The notes below the pieces were generated by a model that saw nothing but the letters and a program-made list of their open reading frames with translations, made no database searches and was not told the origin of the DNA. From an uncultured Clostridia bacterium (GTDB lineage Bacteria > Bacillota > Clostridia > UBA1381 > UMGS1253): a stretch of 64,000 nt of DNA. The number at the start of each line of letters is the position of its first letter. The stretch's first letter is position 1. The stretch spans positions 17,121 to 81,120 of the forward strand of contig CAKSHP010000005.1 in NCBI GenBank assembly GCA_934457145.1. The letters run 5' to 3'. This document shows positions 1 to 8,972 of the stretch, piece by piece. The translations under genes and the position numbers were made by a program.

Positions 1-1136
1 CTTATTATTTCTTTTTTCAATTCAGAAATACCGTCTTTGTTTAAAGCGCTTATATTTATAATTTTGTCGCCTGAAATATAGCTTTCAACGTCTTTTTTTG
101 CGGTTGCGCTTTCAAGGTCTGACTTGTTTAAAAGAATTATGCGGCGCTTGTCTTTCGTGATTGTTAAAACTTCAATGTCCTCTTTTGAAAGCGGACGGCT
201 CGAATCCAAAACAACCAAAACAATATCGGCGCTGTTTATATAGCCGATGCATCTGTCAACGCCGATTTTTTCAACTTTGTCATCAGTCTTTCGTATGCCT
301 GCGGTGTCGATAAGGCGGATTGCAATTCGGTCAATTGTTATGTTTTCTTCTATAATATCTCTTGTTGTTCCGGCAATATCGGTAACTATTGCTCTCGATG
401 CGCCGGAAAGAGTGTTTAAAACAGACGATTTTCCGACATTGGGGCGTCCCGCCAGAACGCAGCATATTCCTTCTTTTGCAATGCGTCCGTCATGCGCGCC
501 TGAAAGAAGAGTATCGCACTTTTGAGTGCATTCGTCTATAACCTTTGCCGCCGATTCATAGTCAAGCTCGCAAATATCTTCATCGGGATAATCGACCGCT
601 GCGGCAAACTGCGCAAGAGCGTATAACAGCGGCTGGCGGATATCTTCAATCGCATTTGCCAAAGAGCCTTCAAGCTGCGAGAGTGCATTTGAAAGAGATG
701 CGCTGCTGTCCGAGCGTATAACGTCTATAACCGCCTCCGCACGCGACAGATCAATTCTTCCGTTTAAAAACGCACGTTTTGTAAACTCTCCTGCCTCTGC
801 GTGGCGTGCTCCGTTTTGCAAAACAATCAGCAAAACGCGTTTTAAAACGGCAACAGAGCCGTGTGTCGATATTTCAACGGTATCTTCGGCAGTAAACGTT
901 TTCGGTGCGCGCATAAGGCTCAAAAGAACCTCGTCTGCCATTTCGCCGGTTTCGGGGTCGTATATATGTCCGTAGTGTATGGTGTGTGTCGGCATATCGC
1001 AAAGCGGCTTTTGTGACGGAGATTTAAAAATGCGGTTGGCAATTTTAATTGCGTCCGGACCGCTCAGCCTTATAACGCCTATTCCGCCCGTGCCTATAGG
1101 TGTGGAAATTGCGGCAATTGTGTCTGAATTAGTCAT
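1..1136 (-). CDS. mnmE: tRNA modification GTPase MnmE (N-terminal ~378 codons; C-terminus lies left of the window)
   Basis: Not in the ORF track because it is open at the window edge. Reverse translation from ATG 1136..1134 gives MTNSDTIAAISTPIGTGGIGVIRLSG. Further in are GRPNVGKSS (G1) and DTAGIR (G3). It lies downstream of jag, as in the conserved cluster. Confidence 0.9.
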   Translation of the reverse strand, partial: MTNSDTIAAISTPIGTGGIGVIRLSGPDAIKIANRIFKSPSQKPLCDMPTHTIHYGHIYDPETGEMADEVLLSLMRAPKTFTAEDTVEISTHGSVAVLKRVLLIVLQNGARHAEAGEFTKRAFLNGRIDLSRAEAVIDVIRSDSSASLSNALSQLEGSLANAIEDIRQPLLYALAQFAAAVDYPDEDICELDYESAAKVIDECTQKCDTLLSGAHDGRIAKEGICCVLAGRPNVGKSSVLNTLSGASRAIVTDIAGTTRDIIEENITIDRIAIRLIDTAGIRKTDDKVEKIGVDRCIGYINSADIVLVVLDSSRPLSKEDIEVLTITKDKRRIILLNKSDLESATAKKDVESYISGDKIINISALNKDGISELKKEII

Positions 1137-1252
1137 TTAGCATGCATCGCCTTTCTGCCCGAAATTATTATACGGGCGACTAAAAGAAAATGATAAACGG
1201 CAAGGTAAAAAAGCCTCGCCGTTTGTAATCTAAAAATTATTTAACTGTTATA

Positions 1253-1903
1253 TTACTTTTTGCGAGTGTCGTTTTTCAGTGCCACAACAACCTTGCGGTT
1301 CGGATCCTCGCCAATAGAATATGTCGTTACAGCTTCATGAGACTGCAAAGCCGCATGAAGAACGCGTCTTTCATAGGGGTTCATCGGCTCGAATATATGG
1401 CGTCTGCCGGTTTTTGTAACCTTGTCTGCAATGCGCAAAGCTAATGTTTTTAAAGCCTCAAAGCGCTTTTCTCTGTAGTTTTCGGTATCCAGTGTCACTT
1501 TAACATATGAACCCTCGCCGCGGTTTACAACAAGGCTTGTAAGATATTGCAAAGAATCGAGAGTTTCTCCTCTTTTGCCTATAATTATGCCCATATCATC
1601 GCCGATAAGATTGATTGAAAGCTCGTTTGCTTCGTGCTTTATGTCCAAATCCACTTTAATGCCCATATCGTCAAAGATTTCTTTAAGGAAAGCAGATGCC
1701 AGGCTTGACGGAGTTTGCTTTAAAGTAACGCGCACTCTTGCGTCCTTTCCTCCGAAAATGCCAAGGATTGCCTTGCTTCCTTCATCTAAAACTTCAATAT
1801 CAACCATGTCGCGGCTTGCGCCGAGCTCTTCAAGTGCTGCTAATATAGCATCATCTATGTTTTTTGCTGTCTTTTCTGTTTGATTTAATTGTGTTGACGA
1901 CAC
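1253..1903 (-). CDS. jag: Jag/KhpB-type RNA-binding protein (KH + R3H)
   Basis: ORF 1253..1957. It has KH-like GKRGETLDSLQYL and an R3H-like FEPMNPYERRVLH. I moved the start to GTG 1903, which is preceded by GAAGGAGG. The start remains uncertain and overlaps the yidC 3' end. Confidence 0.8.
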   Translation of the reverse strand: MSSTQLNQTEKTAKNIDDAILAALEELGASRDMVDIEVLDEGSKAILGIFGGKDARVRVTLKQTPSSLASAFLKEIFDDMGIKVDLDIKHEANELSINLIGDDMGIIIGKRGETLDSLQYLTSLVVNRGEGSYVKVTLDTENYREKRFEALKTLALRIADKVTKTGRRHIFEPMNPYERRVLHAALQSHEAVTTYSIGEDPNRKVVVALKNDTRKK

Positions 1904-2810
1904 TTGTCTCGTCCTCCTTCGATTTAAAGTATTTAACTGTAAAGTACTGCTGAACAATCTGGAACACGTTTGATATGATCCAGTATACGCCTATACCTGC
2001 GGCAAACATAAATGTGAAAAATACCGACATTAAAGGCATCATCATATTCATTGTTTTTCCCATGTTCGGCTGATCGGCACCGTTTGTCTCGGTTGCCTGC
2101 TGCATTTGCTGCTGCTGAGGATTAAGTTTTGTTATAAGCCATGATGTAAGACCTGCGATAATCGGAATTAAAATCAAAAGCAATACCGACCATTCGATGT
2201 TTCCGCCCGTAAACAGTGCATTTAGCGCTTCGCTCGGGTTACGCGACAAGTCAAGTCCCAAAAAGTCAAAATTTATGCTCCAGTTTGAAATGTTAAGCGA
2301 TGAAAACAAATCGTTTTGAGCAATACGGCTTACCGAAATTTCCGGAAAACTTGAGTTTAATCCTTTTACGATTGAATCGTTAAAGGCGCTGTTGCCTGCA
2401 TTTGCAGCAACGATTTCTTTAATTTTATCAAAAATACCGTCGCGGTAAATATTGTCGTGACAAATAAATTTAATAGGAGCCTGAATTGCGCGGTACAGTC
2501 CCAAAATTATCGGAAACTGTATCAAAAGGGGCAAACAGCCTGCCGTCGGACTTGCGTCGTTTGCCTTATAAAGCTCCATCATTTCCTGATTGAGTTTTTG
2601 CTTATCGTTGGCATATTTTCTTTGAAGTTCGCTGATAAGCGGAGCGAGTTTTTGCGATTTTGCCATGGATTTTTGCGATTTTAAGTTCAGCGGAAGTATT
2701 ATAAGCTTAACAAAAATCGTAAAAAGAATAATGGCAACGCCGTAGTTTTGAACGTAGCTGTAAATAAAATGGAGAATATATCCCAGATATTTTGCGATAA
2801 AGTCTATCAT
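1851..2810 (-). CDS. yidC: membrane protein insertase YidC/Oxa1 family
   Basis: ORF 1851..2816. It is a multi-TM protein with a basic C-terminal tail, positioned between yidD and jag. ATG 2810 has better spacing to GAAAGGA than TTG 2816. Confidence 0.85.
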   Translation of the reverse strand: MIDFIAKYLGYILHFIYSYVQNYGVAIILFTIFVKLIILPLNLKSQKSMAKSQKLAPLISELQRKYANDKQKLNQEMMELYKANDASPTAGCLPLLIQFPIILGLYRAIQAPIKFICHDNIYRDGIFDKIKEIVAANAGNSAFNDSIVKGLNSSFPEISVSRIAQNDLFSSLNISNWSINFDFLGLDLSRNPSEALNALFTGGNIEWSVLLLILIPIIAGLTSWLITKLNPQQQQMQQATETNGADQPNMGKTMNMMMPLMSVFFTFMFAAGIGVYWIISNVFQIVQQYFTVKYFKSKEDETSVVNTIKSNRKDSKKHR

Positions 2811-2841
2811 GCGCAAGAATTCCTTTCGTTATAAGTAGATG

Positions 2842-3054
2842 CTATTTTACCGGATCGTAGCCGCCCTTTGAAAAGGGGTTACAGCGCAAAATGCGCCAAA
2901 CCGACATAAGTCCGCCCTTTAAGACGCCGTGTTTTTCAATGGCTTCGATGGAATACTGCGAGCAAGTCGGGTAAAATTTGCAAGTTGATTTTCCCTTAAG
3001 CGGCGAAATGAATTTTTGATACATGCGAATAAAAAATATAAAGAGTTTTTTCAT
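2842..3054 (-). CDS. yidD: membrane protein insertion efficiency factor YidD
   Basis: ORF 2842..3120. The inner start gives [21 protein letters not shown]...[27 protein letters not shown], the typical YidD signature. Confidence 0.85.
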   Translation of the reverse strand: MKKLFIFFIRMYQKFISPLKGKSTCKFYPTCSQYSIEAIEKHGVLKGGLMSVWRILRCNPFSKGGYDPVK

Positions 3055-3138
3055 AACGTTAACCTCTGTGAATTTTTTATTACAAAAGAAGCTGCAAATA
3101 TTAAAAATGCAATTTCTCATTATCTAAAAAAGTGCATC

Positions 3139-3513
3139 TTACCCCATAGCAGGGGAGCCGTTTTGTGCGTTGGTACGCTCTTTTATAATGCCGCTCTTTT
3201 TTAAAAGAAAATTCATGTCGCGGCTGATTTGCTCATAAGATAAGCCAACCATGCGGCTTCTGGCAACAAAAACAATATAGTATCCGCTGCCTGTGTTTTC
3301 TTCTTTTAACCGGTAGCTTTCTTTTATAAGACGCCTGCAACGGTTTCTTATATGTGCCTTGCCGAGCTTTTTTGTTACCGTTATACCAAGTATGTTACAT
3401 GCAATATCAGCTCTTTTGTAGTACATAACAAGATATGCCCCGTGCACACAATTGCCCTTTGAATACAGACGTTTGAAATCCCGATTGTATTTCATTGAAT
3501 ATGTTTTTTTCAA
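3139..3513 (-). CDS. rnpA: ribonuclease P protein component
   Basis: Basic 124-aa ORF directly downstream of rpmH. It contains the RNR-like KLGKAHIRNRCRRLIKE region. Confidence 0.85.
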   Translation of the reverse strand: MKKTYSMKYNRDFKRLYSKGNCVHGAYLVMYYKRADIACNILGITVTKKLGKAHIRNRCRRLIKESYRLKEENTGSGYYIVFVARSRMVGLSYEQISRDMNFLLKKSGIIKERTNAQNGSPAMG

Positions 3514-3580
3514 AAAACCACCGCCAAAGAATAATTGTGTAAAAAGCGTCTGCTAAAAGAAAAGACCACAGAGTGGCCTT

Positions 3581-3715
3581 TTATGCTGACAATTTTTTTC
3601 TACCTTTAAGTCTTCTCCTAGCCAGAACTTTTCTGCCGTTAGCAGTTCTCATTCTTTTTCTGAAACCGTGAACCTTGCTTCTCTGTCTCTTTTTGGGTTG
3701 GTATGTTCTAAGCAT
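3581..3715 (-). CDS. rpmH: 50S ribosomal protein L34
   Basis: Below the ORF-track size cutoff. My translation is [44 protein letters not shown], stop TAA. GGAGGTG lies upstream. Confidence 0.95.
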   Translation of the reverse strand: MLRTYQPKKRQRSKVHGFRKRMRTANGRKVLARRRLKGRKKLSA

Positions 3716-3858
3716 TAATAAACACCTCCTGTAAATAAGAATTGTATGGTAAAGCGCAAAGCGCCTCCATTTCCAACTTAATTCGAAAAGTTTCGAAACA
3801 ATGCTTTTTCAAAAAAATAAAAATGAAAAAGCGCACTCTTTTTGAGAGTACGCTAAAC

Positions 3859-3887
3859 ATTATATATGTTTTTTTCAGATTTGTCAA
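3859..3887 (-). promoter_or_regulatory. sigma-70-like promoter (TTGACA-17-TATAAT) upstream of rpmH
   Basis: The minus strand reads TTGACAaatctgaaaaaaacataTATAAT. A hairpin with a U-run lies just downstream (about 3805-3850), so its role is ambiguous. Confidence 0.4.
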
Positions 3888-3948
3888 GCTTTTTTTTCGC
3901 TTTAGTCTCATAATTTATTAAAAAAATCTCAAGTTATGGATTTATACG

Positions 3949-4692
3949 TCATTTTGCAACAAAGATAAGTCTTTCGCTTTTGTCTGACGGCACGGATTTT
4001 TCATAGTCTGCAAAGCACTGTATGTCGGAAAATCCGGCTTGCCTTAAAAGAGACTCAATTTCTTCTTTTTTGTAAGCTTTTTCGCTGTGCTGCTCGTCAA
4101 AACGGCGGTACGTTTTGCCTTCACGCACAAAAAATGTTAAATAAAAGTCGCATATATCTGTTTTTTTGCAGTATTCGTTTTCCCAAACATAAAATATATC
4201 GCCGTCATCATATGTAAATGTATTGTTTGCAATTACACGGCTTAATTTGTAGTAAGAATTCAAATCAAAAATAAACGGCATGTTGGGGTTTAAATAATTT
4301 TTTGCAAGACAAAACACATGCAAAAGATCATTTGCGTCTGTTATATAGTTTAAAGAATCTGTCATGCAGCATATGGCATCTACCGTGCCGTAAAGCTCAA
4401 ATTCGCGCATATCCTGACACAGATACAGTATGTCGGGATTTTTTTGCTTTGCAACATCCAGCATCTCACATGAAAGATCAACGCCTATCATATCATAGCC
4501 GAAGCTTTTTAAAATATCGGTCAGGTTTCCGGTTCCGCATGCAAGGTCTAATATAATATTATCCTTTTTGCCGCATAAAAGAACCTGATCGTTTATAAAG
4601 CCTGCAATTTTTTTATAGTCTATATCAGGTTTTATAAGTTTGTCATAATAGCTTGCAAATTTTGTGTAGCTGTTATTCATGTAAAGTTTCAC
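3949..4692 (-). CDS. class I SAM-dependent methyltransferase
   Basis: Motif I is ILDLACGTGNLT, with acidic loop DLS and DAICCM. The start could be ATG 4680. Confidence 0.75.
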   Translation of the reverse strand: MKLYMNNSYTKFASYYDKLIKPDIDYKKIAGFINDQVLLCGKKDNIILDLACGTGNLTDILKSFGYDMIGVDLSCEMLDVAKQKNPDILYLCQDMREFELYGTVDAICCMTDSLNYITDANDLLHVFCLAKNYLNPNMPFIFDLNSYYKLSRVIANNTFTYDDGDIFYVWENEYCKKTDICDFYLTFFVREGKTYRRFDEQHSEKAYKKEEIESLLRQAGFSDIQCFADYEKSVPSDKSERLIFVAK

Positions 4693-4793
4693 AGCCTTTC
4701 CTGCTGTATAAAAAGTTTTTGTAAAAACACATAACGGTGTTTAAAGCTTATTGTGTTTTTTTACAGGTAATTGCTTTTTTAATGTAATAAAAA

Positions 4794-5081
4794 TTATTTG
4801 GCAATGCGGTCTAATGCAATGTTGTAGCCGCCGTCGCCGTAGTTTATGCAGCGCGCAACTCTGCTGATTGTGGCAGAAGATGCCCCGGTTTTTGCCGCAA
4901 TATCGGAATATACCATGTTTTGACGAAGCATTTTTGCAACGCTTATCCGCTGTGAAAGCGTGTTTAATTCGCTTACGGTGCATAAATCATCAAAAAAAAG
5001 TTCACATTCTTTAACGGTTTTGAGCGATAGTATGCTTTCGAAAAGTTCTTTTGTATCCTGTCTTTTTCCTTTTGAGTTCAC
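4794..5081 (-). CDS. yerC: TrpR-like YerC/YecD family DNA-binding protein
   Basis: 95 aa, containing LSQRISVAKML...YSDIAAKTGASSATISRVARCINYGDGGY, which is typical of the YerC/YecD family. Confidence 0.75.
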   Translation of the reverse strand: MNSKGKRQDTKELFESILSLKTVKECELFFDDLCTVSELNTLSQRISVAKMLRQNMVYSDIAAKTGASSATISRVARCINYGDGGYNIALDRIAK

Positions 5082-5266
5082 TTTTTATTCCTTCTTTACT
5101 TGTTAATTATGTTGAAACTTCATTCGATAATATAATAACACTTTAAAGCGTGAAAGTAAAGAGGTTTTAAAAATATTTTTATTAAAACCATATTTAGTGC
5201 AAAATTTTTAAACATGTACAAAATATCCGATTGATAAAAAATTAAAACAAATTTGCAAAAAAATAC

Positions 5267-5295
5267 TTGACAAACAAAAGATAAATGTGTACAAT
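5267..5295 (+). promoter_or_regulatory. sigma-70-like promoter TTGACA-17-TACAAT for the twin micro-peptide operon
   Basis: TTGACA is at 5267-5272, followed by a 17-nt spacer and TACAAT at 5290-5295. Confidence 0.55.
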
Positions 5296-5391
5296 ATAGA
5301 TATAAAAGTAATATGTGCGGACAGTTATGCATTATGTATTACTAAGTATTAAAAGATTGCAGTGCGTCTTTTTGAAAGGTTGTGTAGCGTT

Positions 5392-5523
5392 ATGAAAAAA
5401 TATGAACATCCGTCAATTGAAGTTGTTGTATTTGACGACGACATTATGGCAGGAATCGGTATTAGCGCGGCTGACGATGTTGTTACGGATATCGTTGGTA
5501 CGGAAGACGGCGGAGAATATTAA
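5392..5523 (+). CDS. acidic micro-peptide A (43 aa), unknown function
   Basis: Manual translation: MKKYEHPSIEVVVFDDDIMAGIGISAADDVVTDIVGTEDGGEY, stop TAA. GAAAGG lies upstream. It is a paralogue of the next ORF. Confidence 0.6.
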   Translation: MKKYEHPSIEVVVFDDDIMAGIGISAADDVVTDIVGTEDGGEY

Positions 5524-5562
5524 CAGGTATTTTTGATATAAAAGTTTGAGAGGATGGTTTTT

Positions 5563-5661
5563 ATGAAAAAGTATGAAACTCCTACAGTGGAAATAGTTAT
5601 TTTTAATGAAGACATCATGGCAGGCGTGCCGATCAGCGGAATAGAAGAAGACGAGGTTTGA
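5563..5661 (+). CDS. acidic micro-peptide B (32 aa), paralogue of A
   Basis: Manual translation: MKKYETPTVEIVIFNEDIMAGVPISGIEEDEV, stop TGA. GAGAGGATGG lies upstream. Confidence 0.6.
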   Translation: MKKYETPTVEIVIFNEDIMAGVPISGIEEDEV

Positions 5662-5702
5662 TACCTCATATCAAGCAAAAAATATTTTATAAAAAGTTCC
5701 GA

Positions 5703-5737
5703 AAAGCGGATACGAATATGTTTGTCCGCTTTTTTGT
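5703..5737 (+). terminator. intrinsic terminator after the micro-peptide operon
   Basis: Stem AGCGGA (5705-5710) pairs with TCCGCT (5725-5730), followed by a T-run. Confidence 0.65.
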
Positions 5738-5760
5738 GCTGTATAAAACAGTTTAAATAT

Positions 5761-5837
5761 GTGCCCGTAGCTCAGCTGGATAGAGTGACAGACTCCGACT
5801 CTGTAGGTCGTGCGTTCGAATCGCATCGGGCATACCA
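5761..5837 (+). tRNA. tRNA-Arg (anticodon CCG), CCA encoded
   Basis: I folded the cloverleaf by hand. The acceptor is GTGCCCG/CGGGCAT (G1-U72 wobble). The D-arm is GCTC..GAGT. The anticodon stem is ACAGA/TCTGT with loop CTCCGAC. The T-arm is GTGCG-TTCGAAT-CGCAT. The discriminator is A, followed by CCA. Confidence 0.9.
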
Positions 5838-5841
5838 AAAA

Positions 5842-5876
5842 ATCGACAAGCACTAACCGTACTTGTCGATTTATTA
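5842..5876 (+). terminator. terminator after tRNA-Arg
   Basis: ATCGACAAG (5842-5850) pairs with CTTGTCGAT (5862-5870), followed by TTATT. Confidence 0.6.
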
Positions 5877-6014
5877 CTTATTACTGAAACTATTCACTCT
5901 TCGCTTGAATTTTATGTGCCGATTTTTTGGAAAGTAAAGATCAGCAGTGAAAAATGAACAGGAGAGGCACAAACCCGCAAAAGCGAATTTGAAATTTAAA
6001 AAATATATTGTCAG

Positions 6015-6073
6015 TCCCGCTGCTTAGGCATTAGAGATTTAAATTTCCAATGCCTGAGGTGGGATTTTTTTTT
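6015..6073 (+). terminator. strong hairpin with a T9 run about 50 nt upstream of feoA
   Basis: TCCCGC..CTTAGGCATT pairs with AATGCCTGAG..GTGGGA (about 16 bp with a small bulge), followed by nine T. Confidence 0.6.
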
Positions 6074-6122
6074 ATGCCTGTGCATATAAATTATTATATT
6101 TACAAAAAAGAGGTGAAACGCT

Positions 6123-6362
6123 GTGACGCTTGATGAGCTTAAACCGAATCAAAGCGCATACATAAAACGGATTTGCCTTAGCGGACGTATCAGACAAAGG
6201 CTTTTGGATTTGGGGATTGTTTCGGGAACGCCGGTCACCTTTGTGCGAAGTGCACCGATGGGAGATCCGATAGACATATATTTTCGGGGATTTGAACTCA
6301 CGCTCCGCCGCGAAAGCGCAAAAAACATAGAAATTGAAAGGATAAACGGAAATGAGTCTTGA
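6123..6362 (+). CDS. feoA: ferrous iron transport protein A
   Basis: 79-aa FeoA-like SH3 fold protein (GTPVTFVRSAPMGDPI) with a GTG start. It overlaps feoB. Confidence 0.85.
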   Translation: MTLDELKPNQSAYIKRICLSGRIRQRLLDLGIVSGTPVTFVRSAPMGDPIDIYFRGFELTLRRESAKNIEIERINGNES

Positions 6363-8343
6363 ATTTGCACTTGTCGGAAATCAAAACTGCGGAAAAACAA
6401 CCCTTTTTAACCGGCTTACAAAAAATAACCGGCGCGTTGGAAATTTTCCGGGCGTGACCGTGGAAAAAGCCGAGGGGGAAGTGTTTAACAAAAGGGATAT
6501 ACATGTTGTTGATTTGCCGGGAATATATTCTCTTTGTGCATACACGGACGAAGAAAAAGTAAGCATTGACTATATTTTAAATGAAAAACCGGATCTTATA
6601 ATAAATGTTGTCGACGCTTCAAACATAGAAAGAAATCTGTATTTAACGCTGTCTCTTTTGCAGCTTGAAATGCCTGTGATAATTGTTCTTTCAATGGTAG
6701 ATGAGCTTATAAAAAGCGGAGCCGTGCCGGATGTTTTAAAGCTGTCGCAAATGCTTGGCGTTACTGTTGTTTACGGCGATATCTATGGCATAATAGACGA
6801 GTGCGTAAAGAGCGCGAAAAAAGGCTTTGTCGCTGACGGAAACGGGATTAGTAAAAGCGAAGCTGACCTTGCGGTTTGCGCCGCAGCCGATATAATAAAA
6901 GAAAACGCAGAACAATGCAAAATTTCAAAAATATTTGTGGCAAAGCGGCTGCTTTCAGATGATGAGGATATAATAGAAAAACTCGGTTTAAGCAAAGAAC
7001 AATTAAAAATCACTGAAAAAATAAAAAACAGTTTTTTAAAAGACGGCAAAAATGAGTTTGACGCAGCAGCCGCAAAAGCAGATTATGAAACTGCAAAAAA
7101 AATAAGCGATGAATGCATAAAAAACAAACCGTATATCACAAAACGGCGGCGACGCAGTCTTTTTGCAGATAAAATACTCACGAATAAATTTTTTGCAGTA
7201 CCGATTTTTTTTGCGGTAATGCTTTTTGTATTTTATTTAACGTTTGCTTCAGTAGGTGAGGTGCTTTCGCAGTGCTTTGATGCGGCGATCGAATACATAA
7301 TAGCAAAAATTCAGTATGTTTTAATGGCGTTTAACACCTCAAAATGGCTGACAAAGCTGGTTATCGAAGGCATTTGTACGGGGATTGGAAGCGTGGTTTC
7401 GTTTATGCCGTCCGTGCTGATTATGTTTTTGTGCCTTTCAGTTTTGGAAGACTGCGGATATATGGCGCGCATCGTTTTTATATTTGATAAAGCATTCAGA
7501 AAAATCGGGATTTCCGGAAGAAGCATGGCATCGCTTCTGCTGGGATTCGGATGCAGTGTGCCGGCAATAATGAGCACGCGCACGCTTTTTGAAAAGAAAG
7601 AAAAATTTATGACAATAATGCTTGTTCCGTTCATGTCGTGCGGAGCAAAGGTGCCTGTGTATTTAGTTTTTGTACATGCTTTTTTTCCGGACAGCAGCGT
7701 TTTGGTTATGGCTTTGATTTATATATCTGCACTGATGTTTGCGCTTGTTTCTGCGTGTATACTTAAAAAAAGCGTTTTTAAAGGAGAAAGCGGCGGATAT
7801 ATTATGGAGCTTCCGCCTTACCGCATACCGCGCGTAAAAAACGTTATCTTAAATATGCGCGACCGTGCAAAGGATTTCTTTTGCCGAACATTTGCCGTTA
7901 TATTTTTATCGTCAGTTATTATATGGGCGCTGCAAAGCCTTGATATGAATTTTGATTTTGCAAAAGACATCTCAGACAGCCTTCTTTCGCATATTGCAAA
8001 ATTTGTTTCACCGATATTTATTCCGCTCGGCTTCGGAAACATGCAGGCAGCGTCTGCGCTCATAAGCGGAGTTTTTGCAAAGGAAACCGTTATAAGCACG
8101 CTTGCCGTAGCGTCAAAAACAGATGTGCAAAGCGCAGTTTGCAAAATTTTTGCGGGCGATACGGCGGCAGCCGCCGCATTTTTAACGTTTGTTTTATTGT
8201 ACATGCCGTGCGTTGCAAGCATAGCGGCAATGCGGCGTGAAATGGGAAAAACGGCTTATGCGCTGTGCGCGGTATTTTATCAAACGTGTTTTGCATATGT
8301 GTGTGCGCTGGCGGTGCGGTGTTTGATAAAATTTGTTATATGA
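6352..8343 (+). CDS. feoB: ferrous iron transport protein B
   Basis: The N-terminal G-domain has GNQNCGKTTLFN and DLPG. A polytopic membrane domain follows. 663 aa. Confidence 0.95.
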   Translation: MSLEFALVGNQNCGKTTLFNRLTKNNRRVGNFPGVTVEKAEGEVFNKRDIHVVDLPGIYSLCAYTDEEKVSIDYILNEKPDLIINVVDASNIERNLYLTLSLLQLEMPVIIVLSMVDELIKSGAVPDVLKLSQMLGVTVVYGDIYGIIDECVKSAKKGFVADGNGISKSEADLAVCAAADIIKENAEQCKISKIFVAKRLLSDDEDIIEKLGLSKEQLKITEKIKNSFLKDGKNEFDAAAAKADYETAKKISDECIKNKPYITKRRRRSLFADKILTNKFFAVPIFFAVMLFVFYLTFASVGEVLSQCFDAAIEYIIAKIQYVLMAFNTSKWLTKLVIEGICTGIGSVVSFMPSVLIMFLCLSVLEDCGYMARIVFIFDKAFRKIGISGRSMASLLLGFGCSVPAIMSTRTLFEKKEKFMTIMLVPFMSCGAKVPVYLVFVHAFFPDSSVLVMALIYISALMFALVSACILKKSVFKGESGGYIMELPPYRIPRVKNVILNMRDRAKDFFCRTFAVIFLSSVIIWALQSLDMNFDFAKDISDSLLSHIAKFVSPIFIPLGFGNMQAASALISGVFAKETVISTLAVASKTDVQSAVCKIFAGDTAAAAAFLTFVLLYMPCVASIAAMRREMGKTAYALCAVFYQTCFAYVCALAVRCLIKFVI

Positions 8344-8815
8344 TTTTTATTTCGCTCCATGCTTTTATAAGCCTTTCCAAAGACCATGCGGCGTTTGCCG
8401 GCGAGGTCGACGGAAGACAAACGGCGCTTTTGCCGATTTGGTTTTTTATATATTTATTATAGTATTTATCGGCTGTTTTTCCGTTTGTAAATATCTTTTT
8501 TATATCTGCTGTTTTTAATATCGGCGATATATCGTTTGCAACAACGTTTTTTATCGACGAATCGGAGCTTGCGCTTATTTCGCAGCTGTGTATAACGTCC
8601 CAGAGCGCAATGCCGCATTCATGCAAAAAAATCTTTTTTTCGTGCACAGTCTCAGGGGCTGACTTTTTAAAAACAGCGGCTGTAACTTTCCAAAACCTGT
8701 TTTGCGCATGTGCGTAAAAAAATTCGTCTTCGCGGGATTTAACGGAGGGAAAGCTGCCTAATATAAGTATTTTTGAGTTTTCGTCATACACGGGACTGAT
8801 AGGATGAATAACCAT
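8336..8815 (-). CDS. uracil-DNA glycosylase superfamily protein (DNA-deoxyinosine glycosylase-like)
   Basis: The inner start gives MVIHPISPVYDENSKILILGSFPS...FFYAHAQNRFW. AAGAGGAAA lies upstream of ATG 8815. Confidence 0.7.
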   Translation of the reverse strand: MVIHPISPVYDENSKILILGSFPSVKSREDEFFYAHAQNRFWKVTAAVFKKSAPETVHEKKIFLHECGIALWDVIHSCEISASSDSSIKNVVANDISPILKTADIKKIFTNGKTADKYYNKYIKNQIGKSAVCLPSTSPANAAWSLERLIKAWSEIKII

Positions 8816-8972
8816 GTTTATTTCCTCTTTTTTATATTTTAATGTGATTTTAGCATAAAAACGAAATTTTTGCAAGCTTTGTGCCAAACGCAAATATTAT
8901 GCTTGTTTTTTTTTAGAAAACATAGTATAATGTGTATAACAAACTAAAAAACATAAAGATGAGGGATATAAA

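Noticed and set aside
3805-3850. Hairpin plus U-run just downstream of the TTGACA-17-TATAAT promoter ahead of rpmH.
   Set aside because: I could not decide whether it is the methyltransferase gene's terminator or an rpmH attenuator. The evidence is too thin to report as a finding.
5671-5853. 60-aa minus-strand ORF.
   Set aside because: It overlaps the tRNA-Arg gene and a terminator. Its translation simply mirrors the tRNA sequence.
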